Positions 47,324-57,885 of a stretch of DNA of 64,000 bases are shown here, one piece after another. This DNA is from an uncultured Chloroflexia bacterium (lineage in GTDB: Bacteria; Chloroflexota; Limnocylindria; Limnocylindrales; CSP1-4), in assembly GCA_963813535.1 (NCBI GenBank), contig CAWEZH010000002.1:1216001-1280000 (forward strand). The letters run 5' to 3'. Position numbers and translations under genes: made by a program. How positions within the stretch are numbered: position 1 is the first letter of the stretch; each line of letters starts with the position of its first letter. The notes below the pieces were generated by a model. The model saw only the letters and a list, made by a program, of their open reading frames with translations, did not search any database and was not told the DNA's origin.

Positions 47324-48592
47324 ATGGGGACGAAGATCACGGTCGTCGGGGCCGGGAGCACGTACACGCCCGAGTTGGTCGAGGGCTTCGCGCGTCGTGG
47401 GGACCGTCTGCCCATCGACGAGCTCGTGCTGCTGGACATCGATCCCGAGCGCCTCGAGATCGTGGGCGGTCTGGCGCAGCGCATGCTCGACCGGCTGGGC
47501 TGGACGGGTCGGGTGACGCTCACCGGCGATCGAGACGCAGCGATCGACGGGGCCGACTTCGTGCTCCTCCAACTGCGGGTCGGCGGTCAGGCCGCACGTC
47601 TGGTCGACGAGACGCTGCCGCTTCGGTACGGGGTCATCGGTCAGGAGACGACCGGGGCGGGCGGGTTCGCCAAGGCGCTGCGGACCGTGCCGCGCGTGCT
47701 CGAGCTCGCGGAGCTCACCGCGAAGCGGGCGGCCAAGGACGCGTGGATCGTCGACTTCACCAATCCGGTCGGGATCGTCACCCAGGCACTCATCGACGAT
47801 GGCCATCGAGCGCTCGGGCTGTGCAACGTGGCCATCACGCTCCAGCGTCGCCTTGCGGCACGGTTCAACGTGGCCCCGGAGCGGGTCGAGCTCGAACACG
47901 TCGGGCTGAACCACCTGAGCTGGGAGCGGGCCGTCCGCGTCGATGGGGAGGACCGACTCGCGGACCTGCTCGACGAGGATGCGGACGAGCTCGCCGAGGA
48001 ACTGCGGATGCCGGCGGACATGATCCGCTGGATGCGCGCGATCCCGTCCTCCTACATCCGCTACTACTACATGACGCGGACCGTGCTCGCTGAGCAGCAG
48101 GACGGCCACACTCGAGCTCGTGATGTGATGGACATCGAGGCTCGTCTCCTCGAGATGTACCGCGACCCGGCGCTCAACGAGAAGCCCGAGCTCCTCGATC
48201 ATCGCGGCGGGGCGTTCTACAGCGAGGCCGCGGCGCAGCTCATCGCATCCCTCCACGACGGCGCCGGCGACGTGCAGGTCGTCGACGTTCGGAACGACGG
48301 CGCGATCCCGGACCTGCCCGACGACGCGGTCGTCGAGATCCCGGCCGTCATCGACCGTGATGGCGCCCATCCCATCCGGCTCGCGCCGCTGGCGCCCGAG
48401 CAGCGCGCACTCGTGCAGGCCGTCAAGGCCTACGAGGAGCTGACGATCGAGGCAGCGAAGAGCGGCGACCGAACGGTGGCATTGCGCGCGCTGGCCACGA
48501 ACCCGCTCGTCGGAGCTGAGGTCGCGGGACCCCTCCTCGAGGCGATCCTCGAGGCCGACGCCCACCATCTGGAGCGGTTCGCCACCCGCTGA
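47324..48592 (+). CDS. Glycoside hydrolase family 4 (6-phospho-beta-glucosidase-like)
   Basis: VVGAGSTYTP, GQETTGAGG, FTNP, GLCN, GLNH, RGGAFYS. Confidence 0.95.
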   Translation: MGTKITVVGAGSTYTPELVEGFARRGDRLPIDELVLLDIDPERLEIVGGLAQRMLDRLGWTGRVTLTGDRDAAIDGADFVLLQLRVGGQAARLVDETLPLRYGVIGQETTGAGGFAKALRTVPRVLELAELTAKRAAKDAWIVDFTNPVGIVTQALIDDGHRALGLCNVAITLQRRLAARFNVAPERVELEHVGLNHLSWERAVRVDGEDRLADLLDEDADELAEELRMPADMIRWMRAIPSSYIRYYYMTRTVLAEQQDGHTRARDVMDIEARLLEMYRDPALNEKPELLDHRGGAFYSEAAAQLIASLHDGAGDVQVVDVRNDGAIPDLPDDAVVEIPAVIDRDGAHPIRLAPLAPEQRALVQAVKAYEELTIEAAKSGDRTVALRALATNPLVGAEVAGPLLEAILEADAHHLERFATR

Positions 48593-48720
48593 CGGGACGT
48601 CGGGACGCAGGCTGCCGATAGACATCCGTCACGAAGCGGGGGCCCGGCTCGTCCACCTCTTCGCGTGTCTTGCGCCATCCTATGCGCCGACATCGCCCCT
48701 TCCGCCGCCCGGAGATCCTC

Positions 48721-51523
48721 TTGTCATCCAGCTCTCGTTCGCACGCCTACCCGCGCCGCCCGGACCGTCCCTACGCCCCCCGCCGGTCGACCACCGGCTG
48801 GCTGGCGGTCATCGTCTTCGTCTTCCTCGCCGGCATCGGCATCATCGGCGCACTCTCGGCAGTCAGCGTCTATGCGGCCCTGGCGAACGGCCTCCCGCCC
48901 GTCTCCCGCCTCGAGGAGCTGCGCCTGCCCCAGGAGATCGTCGTTCTCGACCGGACCGGCACGACCGAGCTCGCACGGTTCGGTGAGTTCAAGCGCGAGG
49001 TCGTCCCGTTCGAGGAGATCCCGCCGGTGCTGCTCGACGCGACCACGGCAGTGGAGGACAAGACGTTCTGGGAGAACGCGGGCTTCGACCCGGCGGCCAT
49101 CGTGGCGGCCGGCCTGGATTCGATCCGAGGCGACAGCCGTGGTGCCTCCACCATCACGCAGCAGCTCGTCCGCGCCCGCCTGCTCGAGGACGATCTCGTC
49201 CAGGATCCCACGCGGACGGTCGAGCGGAAGCTCAAGGAGATCATCCAGTCGATCCGCCTGACCCGGGCGTATCCGGACGATGCGGGCAAGCGCCGGATCA
49301 TCGCGGCCTACCTGAACAACAACTACTACGGCAACCAGAGCTATGGCGTGAAGGCCGCCGCTCAGTCGTACTTCGGCAAGTCGCTCGACGAGCTGACGCC
49401 GGGCGAGGCGGCGACCCTCGCGGCCCTGCCGCAGTCCCCGTCGAACTACGACCTGGTGCGGAATGCGGTGTCGACCTGCGACGTCGAGCTGAACGACGAA
49501 GGTGTGTGCCCGCCTGCCGAAGAGCACCTGACCCTCGAACCGGACACCAAGATCGCCCAGCGGCGGGACGCCGTGCTCGAGCTGATGGCGGGCGGCCGCA
49601 TGCCGATGTCGGACGGGCAGTTCACCCCGGAGCAGCTCGAGGCCGAGAAGGGCAAGCCGATGGAGCTGGCGCGCCAGACGACACCGCCCTGGAAGGCGCC
49701 CCATTTCGTGTGGGCCGTCCAGGCGGAGCTCGCGAGGAAGGTCTGCGGCCCCGACACGCCGACCTGCACGCCGCTCGAGGAAGGCGGGCTCCGCGTCACG
49801 ACCACCCTCGATTGGGGACTGCAGCAGATCGCCGAGAAGTGGGTCAAGGCGTCGACCATCGCCCCGCACAACCGCAACCCGGAGCGGTTCGCGACGCGCG
49901 GCCTAGGATTTCGACGAGTATCCCGCCTGGATACGCAATCTCGAGAACAAGGACGTCCGCAACGGGGCGCTCGTCGCGATGGACTACCAGAGCGGCGAGA
50001 TCGTGGCCCACGTCGGTTCGGCGAACTACTACGCGTCGTCGAACAACCCGAAGTTCCAGCCGCAGTACGACGTCGTGACCCAGGGCTTCCGACAGCCGGG
50101 ATCCGCGTTCAAGCCGTTCAACTATGCCGTCGGCATCGACGAAGGCGCATTCACTGCCGGCGACATGCTGATGGACGTCGCGACCGACTTCGGTGGTGGC
50201 TACTCACCGACCGATGCCGACAACCTCGAGCGAGGCCCGGTCAGGGTCCGCGACGCGCTGCAGTTCTCGCTCAACATCCCCGCCGTCAAGGCCATGGCGC
50301 TCAATAGTCCCGAGCACATGTTCGCGCGGGCCAAGGACTTCGGGATGACCTTCCAGAGCGAGACCACCGATGCCGGCCTCGCGCTCGCGCTCGGCGTGGC
50401 GGAGACCCGCCCGATCGACCTCGTCGGTGCGTACGGCACGCTGGCCAATGGCGGCGTCCGCGTGGAGCAGACCTCGATCCTTCGCATCCAGGACGCCTCG
50501 GGCGAGGACATCGAGCTTCCCGCGCAACGTGAGCCGGTCCAGGTCATCAAGCCGCAATCGGCCTTCATCCTCACGGACATCCTCAGTGGCAACACCAACC
50601 AGCGCATCAACCCGTTCTGGGGCAAGTTCCGGGTCGTGGGCCCGGAGGGAGCGCGCCGGCCGGCCACTCTCAAGACCGGCACCAACAACGACGCCAAGGA
50701 CCTCAACGCCTACGGCTACATCGCGCCACCGACCGAGCAGGGCCGGCAGGACGGGGCGTACGCGCTGGCGGTCGGTGTGTGGAACGGCAACAGCGACAAC
50801 ACGCCGGTGTCGACCCCGGCTCGACCCGTGTTCTCGATCGACGTCTCCACGTTCGTCTGGCAGGGCTTCCTCCAGGAGGCGACCGAGAAGTGGGAGATCA
50901 CCCGCTTCTCCCGACCGGACAACGGGCTGACCCAGGTCGCTGTCGACCCGCTCACCGGGATGCTCCCCTCCGGGCAGACCGAGGGCGTCGACGAGTGGTT
51001 CCTGGCCGGCTCCGAGCCGACCACCAGGCTGCCGGCGGCTCGGTGCGGGATCCAGGCGCTGGAGGCCACCCGGCACGAGCCCAAGTTCCCGAACTGGATG
51101 GATGCGGACCGCGACTGGTTGCGACGCGCCCAGCGTGGTGTGGGGGTCGCCGGTGGCCCGGATCGGACCAGGACGGCGTACTTCTACAACGGCCAGTTCA
51201 GCCCCTACGGGCGGACGTGGCGCCCGTTCGTGACCCGCAACAACTGCGGCGCGTCTCCCAGCCCGACGCCGAGCTGCATCCCGTTGCCCACCCCGGACGA
51301 GAATGGCGTGATCCCATCGATCGCGATCCCGTCGCCATCCGGTTCCGAGGTCGCGGCGATCCCGTGCCCACCGGCATCGGGGGAGCCCAGCCCGAGCGAG
51401 GAGGTGCCTCCGACCCCGGAGCCCACCTCGGAGCCGACGCCCGAACCGACTCCGGAACCGACGGCCGAGCCGACCCCGGAGCCCACACCCGAGCCGACCG
51501 AGCCACCGGCCGAACCCTCCTGA
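48721..51523 (+). CDS. Class A penicillin-binding protein (PBP1A-like); frameshift near 49910
   Basis: Transglycosylase EDKTFW, GASTITQQ, RKLKE; transpeptidase SAFK, SLN, KTG; PTPE tail. Removing one T at 49909-11 gives GLGFDEYPAWIRNL. Confidence 0.93.
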
Positions 51524-51564
51524 CGCGTCACGCGACCGTCATCGGGTGACGCCACGATGAGCGC

Positions 51565-53093
51565 GTGAACGGATCAGCTCGACCCATCGCGCTCGCCGGG
51601 CTCGCCGGCGCGGCCGCGGCCGCACTCGGCATCGGCGTGTCCGAGGCGATCGCGGGGGTGATCGCCGGCGCGACGTCTCTGGTGGACGCCATCGGCCAGG
51701 TGGTGATCGACCTCCAGCCGCCCGGTGCCAAGGACTTCGTCGTCGAGATATTCGGGACGAACGACAAGCTCGCCCTCGAGATCGTGGTGACGCTCGTCGC
51801 GCTCGCGCTCGGCGCGGCGTTCGGCATCCTGGCCGCGCGTCGGTTCCTGTTCGGCGCCCTGGGCTTCGCCGCGTTCGGTGTGGTCGGGTTCCTGGCTGCA
51901 CTCGGCCAGCCGCTGGCGATGCCCGCCATCGTGGCGGTCCAGGCCGCTGCCGCGACGGCGATCGCGATCCAGACGTTGTCGTGGCTGCTCGGCCGCCTCA
52001 TGTCGGCACCGTCCGCGCCGAGCATCCCGGACCCGGCGCGCCGGTCGTTCCTGCTACGGACCAGCGCGGTGGGCATCGGCGCCGTGGCTGCCGGGGTGTT
52101 CGGTCGGAACGCCATCGCGTCGGGCAACTCCGCGCCGGCACCGACGATCCCGCTGCCGCCGCCCGCCGAGGTGGTGCCGCCATTTCGGCGGCCGCCGACC
52201 TCTCCCCGACCACAGCGGGCCTCACACCGATCGTCGTACCCAATGACCAGTTCTACCGGATCGACACGGCGCTCCTGGTGCCCTCGCTCGATACCGCGAC
52301 GTGGCAACTCCGTATCCACGGCCTCGTCGATCGTGAGACCACGCTCACGTGGGATCAGCTGATCTCGCTGCCGATGTTCGAGCAGTACTGCACGATCGCC
52401 TGTGTCAGCAACGAGGTCGGTGGTCACCTGGTCGGCAACGCCAAGTGGACCGGCGTCCGGTTGCGGGACGTGCTCGATATCGCCGGCCCGACGTCGTCGG
52501 CGACGCAGCTCGTCGGCCGGTCGGTCGACGGCTGGACCGCCGGGATGCCGATGGCCTGGGTCACCGATCCGGATCGCGAGCCGATGATCGCCGTCGAGAT
52601 GAACGACGAGCCGCTGCCACGCGCCCACGGCTATCCCGCACGCCTCATCATCCCGGGGCTGTACGGCTACGTGTCGGCCACGAAATGGCTCTGGGAGCTC
52701 GAGCTGACCACGTGGGAGTCGTACGACGCGTACTGGGTGCCGCTCGGCTGGTCGAAGGAGGGCCCGATCCTGACGCAGTCGCGCATCGACACCCCCCGCG
52801 GGAACATCTCGCCCGGACGCGTTCCGATCGCGGGTGTCGCGTGGGCCCCCGACCGCGGCATCAGCAAGGTCGAGGTGGGGATCGACGGGGAGTGGCGCGA
52901 AGCGCAGCTGTCCGCACCCATCACCGACGCGACATGGGTCCAGTGGGTCTACACGTGGGACGCGACCCCGGGTCCGCACGACATCTCGGTCCGGGCCACC
53001 GACGGCACCGGAGCGCTCCAGGAGGAGATCCCGTCGCGACCGGCACCCGACGGGGCGCGCGGCTGGCACGCGGTCTCCGTCGACGTCGCCTGA
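51565..53093 (+). CDS. Membrane-bound molybdopterin oxidoreductase (sulfite oxidase family); frameshift near 52180
   Basis: FGTNDK TM domain, RRSFL, FYRIDTAL, IACVSN, GNAKWTGV, HGYPAR, GLYGYVSATKW. Confidence 0.9.
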
Positions 53094-53124
53094 CCCACGG
53101 GGCGTTTGGGTATAGAGTCGAGTC

Positions 53125-53706
53125 ATGCCGCGACGGCGCTACATCTTCGACCCGCCCGACCGATTCGTGGCCGGAACCGTCGGCCAACCGGGCGATCGGA
53201 CCTTCTTCCTCCAGGCCCGTGAGGGCGGTCGGGTCGTCTCGGTGGCACTCGAGAAGGTGCAGGTCGCGGTGCTTGCCGAGCGGCTTGGTGCCCTCCTCGA
53301 CGAGCTCGACCTGCGGGGCATCGCCGACCCCACCGACGACGAGCCGGTCGCCACATCGCCGGCCGAGGCCACCCTCGAAAGTGAGACGCTCGACGAGCCA
53401 CTGAACGAAGCGTTCCGGGCCGGGTCATTGACCCTCGGCTGGGACGGCGGGGCGGAGCGCGTCCTGGTCGAGGCACGCGCACAGGACGACGACGGCGAAG
53501 CCATCGATCCCGACGATGATGACGACGAGGACGACGATGGCCCGGACCTGCTGCGTGTCCGCATGACCGCCGCGGCGGCGCGCACGTTCGTCGCTCGCGC
53601 GACGCAGGTCGTGGCGTCGGGCCGTCCACCGTGCCCGCTGTGCGGCGCGCCGCTCGATCCGCGAGGGCACATCTGCCCGCGGCGCAACGGCCACTACGTG
53701 AACTAG
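53125..53706 (+). CDS. DUF3090 family protein
   Basis: FVAGTVGQPGDRTFFLQA, LEKVQV, GRPPCPLCG.PLDP.GHICPRRNG. Confidence 0.93.
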   Translation: MPRRRYIFDPPDRFVAGTVGQPGDRTFFLQAREGGRVVSVALEKVQVAVLAERLGALLDELDLRGIADPTDDEPVATSPAEATLESETLDEPLNEAFRAGSLTLGWDGGAERVLVEARAQDDDGEAIDPDDDDDEDDDGPDLLRVRMTAAAARTFVARATQVVASGRPPCPLCGAPLDPRGHICPRRNGHYVN

Positions 53707-53825
53707 CTTCTTGTCGCGACGGATGTCGCGAATGTCGAACAGAGCCTCAGGAGGCGGCTGCGATCGTCGGCCGGCCGCTCATTCGAGTCGGGGTCCCGGC
53801 GTCGAGACGATCCCCGCAGCGCCGC

Positions 53826-55163
53826 GTGAAGTACGATGCAACAACCGTGGCACTGCGCGTCCTCCGGCTAGTCGCCGTCGCATCGATCTTCGCCTTTGTG
53901 CTCACCGCGCGCACGGTCATGCCGACCTACGCAAACACGGATGACCCGGCCGCCGACCCGTTGCCCGCAGACGTCGATGTGTCTTCGACCGATCTCGGTC
54001 AGGAGCCACCGCCGCCCGATCCAACGCCGGTCGAGGAGGAGCCGCCTCCCGAAGACCCCGTCGAGCCGGCCCCGACGGACCCGCCACCCACCGACACGCC
54101 AGGGACTGTCTTGGTGCCGACGGATCCTCCGGTCGCGGCGGAGCCGCCACCCGCCGACATGGTCGAGCCGGCCCCGACCGACCCGCCACTCCCCGACGCG
54201 GTCGAGGCTGTCGAGCCGCCGCCGGTCGCGGCGGAGCCGCCACCCGCCGACATGGTCGAGCCGGCCCCGACCGACCCGCCACCCACCGACACGCCAGGGA
54301 CTGACTTGCTGCCGACCGATCCTCCGGTCGCGGCGGAGCCGCCTCCCGCAGACGCCGTCGAGCCGGCCCTGGCGGACCCGGCGGAATCGGACCCGACCCG
54401 ATCGCCAGTCCCCGACCCGGCCACCGCCATCCCCGATCCGGCTGACTCCGACCCGTCGGCGGCCGAGCCGGCTCCGCGGGTCCCGTCGACTCATCGGTCG
54501 CCCGAGCCTATCCCGCCCGTCGCCGACGATCCGGCGCAAACAGCGACGGCGCCCGTCACTGCCAACGCGAGCACCCTGGCGAAAGCGACGGACGGCGGGT
54601 CAGATGTACCAGCCCACACGATGACCCTCGATTCGGCGGTCGCCGCTGGGGCCGGGCTCGCGGTCGGATTTGTGGTCACGAACCAAGCCCCAAGCAGCGT
54701 GGCGGTCGCCATCGAGTTCGGACGCGCGGGCGGTGGGTGGGCCGGCGCGATCGTGTTCAACGTCTGGCTTCGCCGGCAGATGCGCATGCGTCGCATCAGC
54801 CAGCGTCAGCTCGCGGCCCTCGCCGGCATCGACCACTCCACGATCTCGCGGCTGCTCCGGGAGGATCGACGGCCGTCGCTCACGACGGCGACGAAGCTCG
54901 CCGGGGCCCTCAAGAAGGTGCCAGGCGAGCAAGCTGAGCCCGAAACGGCCGACTACTTCGAACGCAACCCGGAAGAAACGGTCTTCCCGGCGAGAAGGGT
55001 GGAGTTGGCCCTCAGGGCGGACGAGCTGCTCGACGAGGAACAGGTCCGGCGTCTGATGAACATCTATCTTGACGCCCGTCGGAGGCACCAGGCATTGGGG
55101 ACGAGCCCGTCCGCGCCCACCCGCGCCGGGCCAGCGCGCGCCGCCCCCGACCCGCGCCGCTGA
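53826..55163 (+). CDS. Signal/TM segment plus Pro-rich repeats plus C-terminal XRE HTH
   Basis: LRLVAVASIFAFVL, PTDPP repeats, SQRQLAALAGIDHSTISRLL...PSLTTA. Start uncertain. Confidence 0.75.
   Translation: MKYDATTVALRVLRLVAVASIFAFVLTARTVMPTYANTDDPAADPLPADVDVSSTDLGQEPPPPDPTPVEEEPPPEDPVEPAPTDPPPTDTPGTVLVPTDPPVAAEPPPADMVEPAPTDPPLPDAVEAVEPPPVAAEPPPADMVEPAPTDPPPTDTPGTDLLPTDPPVAAEPPPADAVEPALADPAESDPTRSPVPDPATAIPDPADSDPSAAEPAPRVPSTHRSPEPIPPVADDPAQTATAPVTANASTLAKATDGGSDVPAHTMTLDSAVAAGAGLAVGFVVTNQAPSSVAVAIEFGRAGGGWAGAIVFNVWLRRQMRMRRISQRQLAALAGIDHSTISRLLREDRRPSLTTATKLAGALKKVPGEQAEPETADYFERNPEETVFPARRVELALRADELLDEEQVRRLMNIYLDARRRHQALGTSPSAPTRAGPARAAPDPRR
54060..54370 (+). repeat. Intragenic tandem repeats (~93-102 nt units) encoding VEPAPTDPP...PVAAEPPPAD
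   Basis: GTCGAGCCGGCCC recurs at about 54060, 54162, 54255 and 54357. Confidence 0.85.
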
Positions 55164-55336
55164 GCGCGGCGCACTGCGATCGTTCTGGGACGTCCGCCAT
55201 CCTTTCCCTCAGTGCCCGGTCGGCCCGGACCCGTTGGCCGCCGAGACGGGCCTAGGACGGCCCAAGGCGCTGTGCTGTGCCGTGAGTTCGTCTTCGCAGA
55301 TATGATGCTGGAAGTGATGCAAACGGCTCATCCCCG

Positions 55337-55360
55337 CACGATGCCCAGTACGTGACCTAG
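55337..55360 (+). repeat. Degenerate copy of the DUF3090 3' end
   Basis: CACGATGCCCAGTACGTGACCTAG versus 53683-53706 CGCAACGGCCACTACGTGAACTAG (18/24, same stop position). Confidence 0.55.
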
Positions 55361-55368
55361 GCGACCGC

Positions 55369-56106
55369 GTGCTCGATCGCGCTTCGGCGCTTGAGGTGCT
55401 CCGCGACGGCGAGATCGAGGTCGTCGGGCGCATCCTGGGGTCGAGCAACAACGCGCTCTTCGTGACCGTGTCGCTGCCCTGCCCGGATCCCGCCGAGCCG
55501 CCGCGCGTCCTCGAGGCGATCCACAAGCCGACGATCGGCGAGCGGCCGCTCGACGATTTCCCCGACGGGACGCTCACCCGCCGGGAGGTCGCCGCCTACC
55601 TGGTCTCGGAGGCGAGCGGATGGGACGTCGTGCCACCGACCGTCTTGCGCGACGGGCCGTTCGGCGAGGGCATGGTCCAAACCTTCATCGAGCCGGACCC
55701 CAGCGTCGATGTCATCGGCTGGATCAACGACGACGACCCTCGGCTGCGCCGGATGGCGACGTTCGACGCGGCCGTGAACAACACGGATCGCAAGGGTGGC
55801 CACATCCTGCCGGTCGACGGCGGACAGCACGTCTACGGCGTCGATCACGGGGTGTGCTTCTCGGTGGTGCCGAAGCTACGGACCGTGCTGTGGGCCTGGC
55901 GCGGCGACCCGATGCTCCCCGACGAGCTGGCAGGGCTCGAACGGATCCGCGATGCACTCGACGGCGGTCTTGGCGCGGACCTGCGGTCGCTCCTCAGCCG
56001 GGCCGAGGTACGGGCGACGATCAGGCGGGTCGACGACCTGCTCGCCCGGAAGGTGTTCCCGCTCCCCTCCCCCACCTGGCCGGCGATCCCCTGGCCGCCG
56101 ATCTGA
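55369..56106 (+). CDS. SCO1664 family protein (PI3/4-kinase-like fold)
   Basis: SSN, KP..GERPL.DFPDGTL.RREVAAY, VPPTVLRDGPFG, NNTDRKGGH, DHG, PWP. Confidence 0.93.
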   Translation: MLDRASALEVLRDGEIEVVGRILGSSNNALFVTVSLPCPDPAEPPRVLEAIHKPTIGERPLDDFPDGTLTRREVAAYLVSEASGWDVVPPTVLRDGPFGEGMVQTFIEPDPSVDVIGWINDDDPRLRRMATFDAAVNNTDRKGGHILPVDGGQHVYGVDHGVCFSVVPKLRTVLWAWRGDPMLPDELAGLERIRDALDGGLGADLRSLLSRAEVRATIRRVDDLLARKVFPLPSPTWPAIPWPPI

Positions 56107-56140
56107 CGGTTCGTCCAGGAAAGGTCCCCGGAAACGAAGA

Positions 56141-56170
56141 GACCCGGCGGACTTGGGCGTCCGCCGGGTC
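56141..56170. terminator. Bidirectional hairpin
   Basis: GACCCGGCGGAC / GTCCGCCGGGTC between convergent genes. Confidence 0.8.
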
Positions 56171-56184
56171 GTCGTTGCTGCGGA

Positions 56185-56657
56185 TCAGGCCCGACCGAAG
56201 AGGGCCTTGATGTTCGACTGGAACAGGTAGTACAGGATGATCACATTGATGGCGACGCTGATGACCTGGCCCGAGATGTCGCCTCCGCCGACGATGGTGG
56301 CGGCGGACAGCCCCAGGCTGATGATGGACAGCGCCACGCCCAGGGGCCACGCCCAAGGCTGGAGGGTCCACGCGCCGTAGGCGAAGGCCAGGCTCGCGAT
56401 ACCCGTGACCAGGGCGACGATGCCGAAGACGGCCCCGAGGCCGAACAGGCCCGCGGTGCCGGTCGAGGCAGCGAGGAACCCGCCGAGTCCCACGAGGGCG
56501 ACGCCGCCGAGGATCCCGAGCACGCCGCCGATCGCGGAGAGGACCGCCAGTACGGTGATGCCGGTCGGGCGAGCGGACGTCGATGCAGGTGCAGGAGTAG
56601 GCGTTGGTGTCGATGAAGGTGTGGCGTAGGCGTAGGCGTAGGCGTAGGTTCGGCCAT
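56185..56657 (-). CDS. Small 4-TM membrane protein; frameshift near 56622 after a (CCTACG)4 tract
   Basis: GGGAGG RBS and MAEPTPTPTPTP in one frame; RPTGITVLAVL...LQPWAW...YYLFQSNIKALF in another. Confidence 0.8.
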
Positions 56658-56772
56658 GCTGTGTTGTGCCTCCCTCTGATGACCGCGCTGTGGCGGCCTC
56701 CGGGCATGGTAGACCCAAGTCCCGGTCTGACAAGGCCCTCTTCGGGGCCCGACGATGGTCCTGTGGTAGCGA

Positions 56773-57282
56773 TCAGTCGATGAGCTCGTCCGCCAGGAGT
56801 TCCATCAGCATGGCGTCGACCCACGTGCCGTCGGCCATGCGCTGATAGCGACGCATCCGCCCGACCAGCCGGAATCCGACCTTCTCGTACGCGCTGATCG
56901 CACGTTCGTTGTCGGCGGCCGGGTCGATGGTGATCCGATGGTGGCCGTCCTCGTCGATGAGGCGGCGTGCGAGGAGCCGGATCGCGGTGGGGCCGATGCC
57001 GTGACCCTGGGTCTCCTCGTCGAGGAACAAGTCGATCCCCGCGTGGCGGAACTCCGGTTCGGTCTCCTCGGCGCTCTGGATGGCCCCGACCAGGCGGCCA
57101 TCGACCTCGATGGCGTACACGCGCACGTCGGGCTCGCCGACGATGATCTCGCGCTCGACGCGTTCGTCGTCCCATTCGCCCCACCAGCGCGCCACGCTGG
57201 GCTGCGCGAGCATGGTCGCGAGGGCTGGCGCATCCTCGGGCAGGATGGGACGGATCGTGATGGCGGGTGCGAAGACGGTCAT
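56773..57282 (-). CDS. GNAT acetyltransferase (AAC(6')-like)
   Basis: PSVARWWG, GIDLFL...QGHGIG, IDPAADNERAISAYEKVGF. Confidence 0.9.
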   Translation of the reverse strand: MTVFAPAITIRPILPEDAPALATMLAQPSVARWWGEWDDERVEREIIVGEPDVRVYAIEVDGRLVGAIQSAEETEPEFRHAGIDLFLDEETQGHGIGPTAIRLLARRLIDEDGHHRITIDPAADNERAISAYEKVGFRLVGRMRRYQRMADGTWVDAMLMELLADELID

Positions 57283-57377
57283 GCCCGGCAGGGTAGCGGG
57301 TCGATGCAAGTCCCGACGATCGAGCATGGGACGATGGTCCCGGAGCGTCGAAGCTGCGCATGCGCTATAGTCGTTAG

Positions 57378-57530
57378 GTCACCGGTCCGCAGCGACGGCC
57401 CCGGTCGAGCGCCTCGATAACGGACGCTCCCGGTACTCCGCCCGGACCACCACTACCGCTCCGCCCCCGATATCGGCATGCGATGCGGAGAAACAACCAG
57501 GGTCGCTGCCCAGGCACAGATCGCCTGAGG
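57378..57530 (+). ncRNA. Candidate structured RNA leader upstream of a zinc-ribbon microprotein
   Basis: TATAGT at 57366. Stems 57389-96/57502-09, 57407-13/57422-29, 57459-64/57485-90 and 57511-15/57523-27. Confidence 0.45.
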
Positions 57531-57561
57531 CGCGCCAGAAAGAACGAAGAACAACACTCGA

Positions 57562-57777
57562 ATGATGACCCGAACAGCGACGGCGACGTACGCCGGTCGC
57601 GCCAGTTCCATGCGTCGATTGCGCCGCCGCGCCGGCGCCGCCCACACCAACCCGGATCGACCCTTCTGTCGCACCAATGGCTGCGCCAGTTTCCTTGAGG
57701 TCGATGCCTCCGCCGGTACGGCTACGTGCGCCGTCTGCGGCTCGACGCAGCGATCGCGCTCGCGTCGCACTGACTAG
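57562..57777 (+). CDS. Small basic zinc-ribbon protein
   Basis: CRTNGC...CAVCG with an Arg-rich N-terminus. Confidence 0.7.
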   Translation: MMTRTATATYAGRASSMRRLRRRAGAAHTNPDRPFCRTNGCASFLEVDASAGTATCAVCGSTQRSRSRRTD

Positions 57778-57885
57778 TACCAAGGATCCGTCCCGCGCGA
57801 TGTTGACGCAGGCGGCAGACCTCGCCAGCATCCTCGCATCGACGCATGCCGCCTCAGCGCATGCTGCAACGATCGAGGTGGCCCG

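Noticed and set aside
51400-51520. PTPE repeats at the PBP C-terminus and the Pro/Thr tract at 25140-25330
   Set aside because: These are ordinary low-complexity linkers.
54060-54370. Tandem repeats as a CRISPR array
   Set aside because: The repeats are in-frame, encode Pro-rich peptide, lack unique spacers, and no cas genes are present.
56623-56648. (GGCGTA)4 simple repeat next to a frameshift as a phase-variation switch
   Set aside because: A 6-nt unit cannot change the frame; it encodes Pro-Thr repeats, and the adjacent 1-nt loss looks like a sequencing indel.
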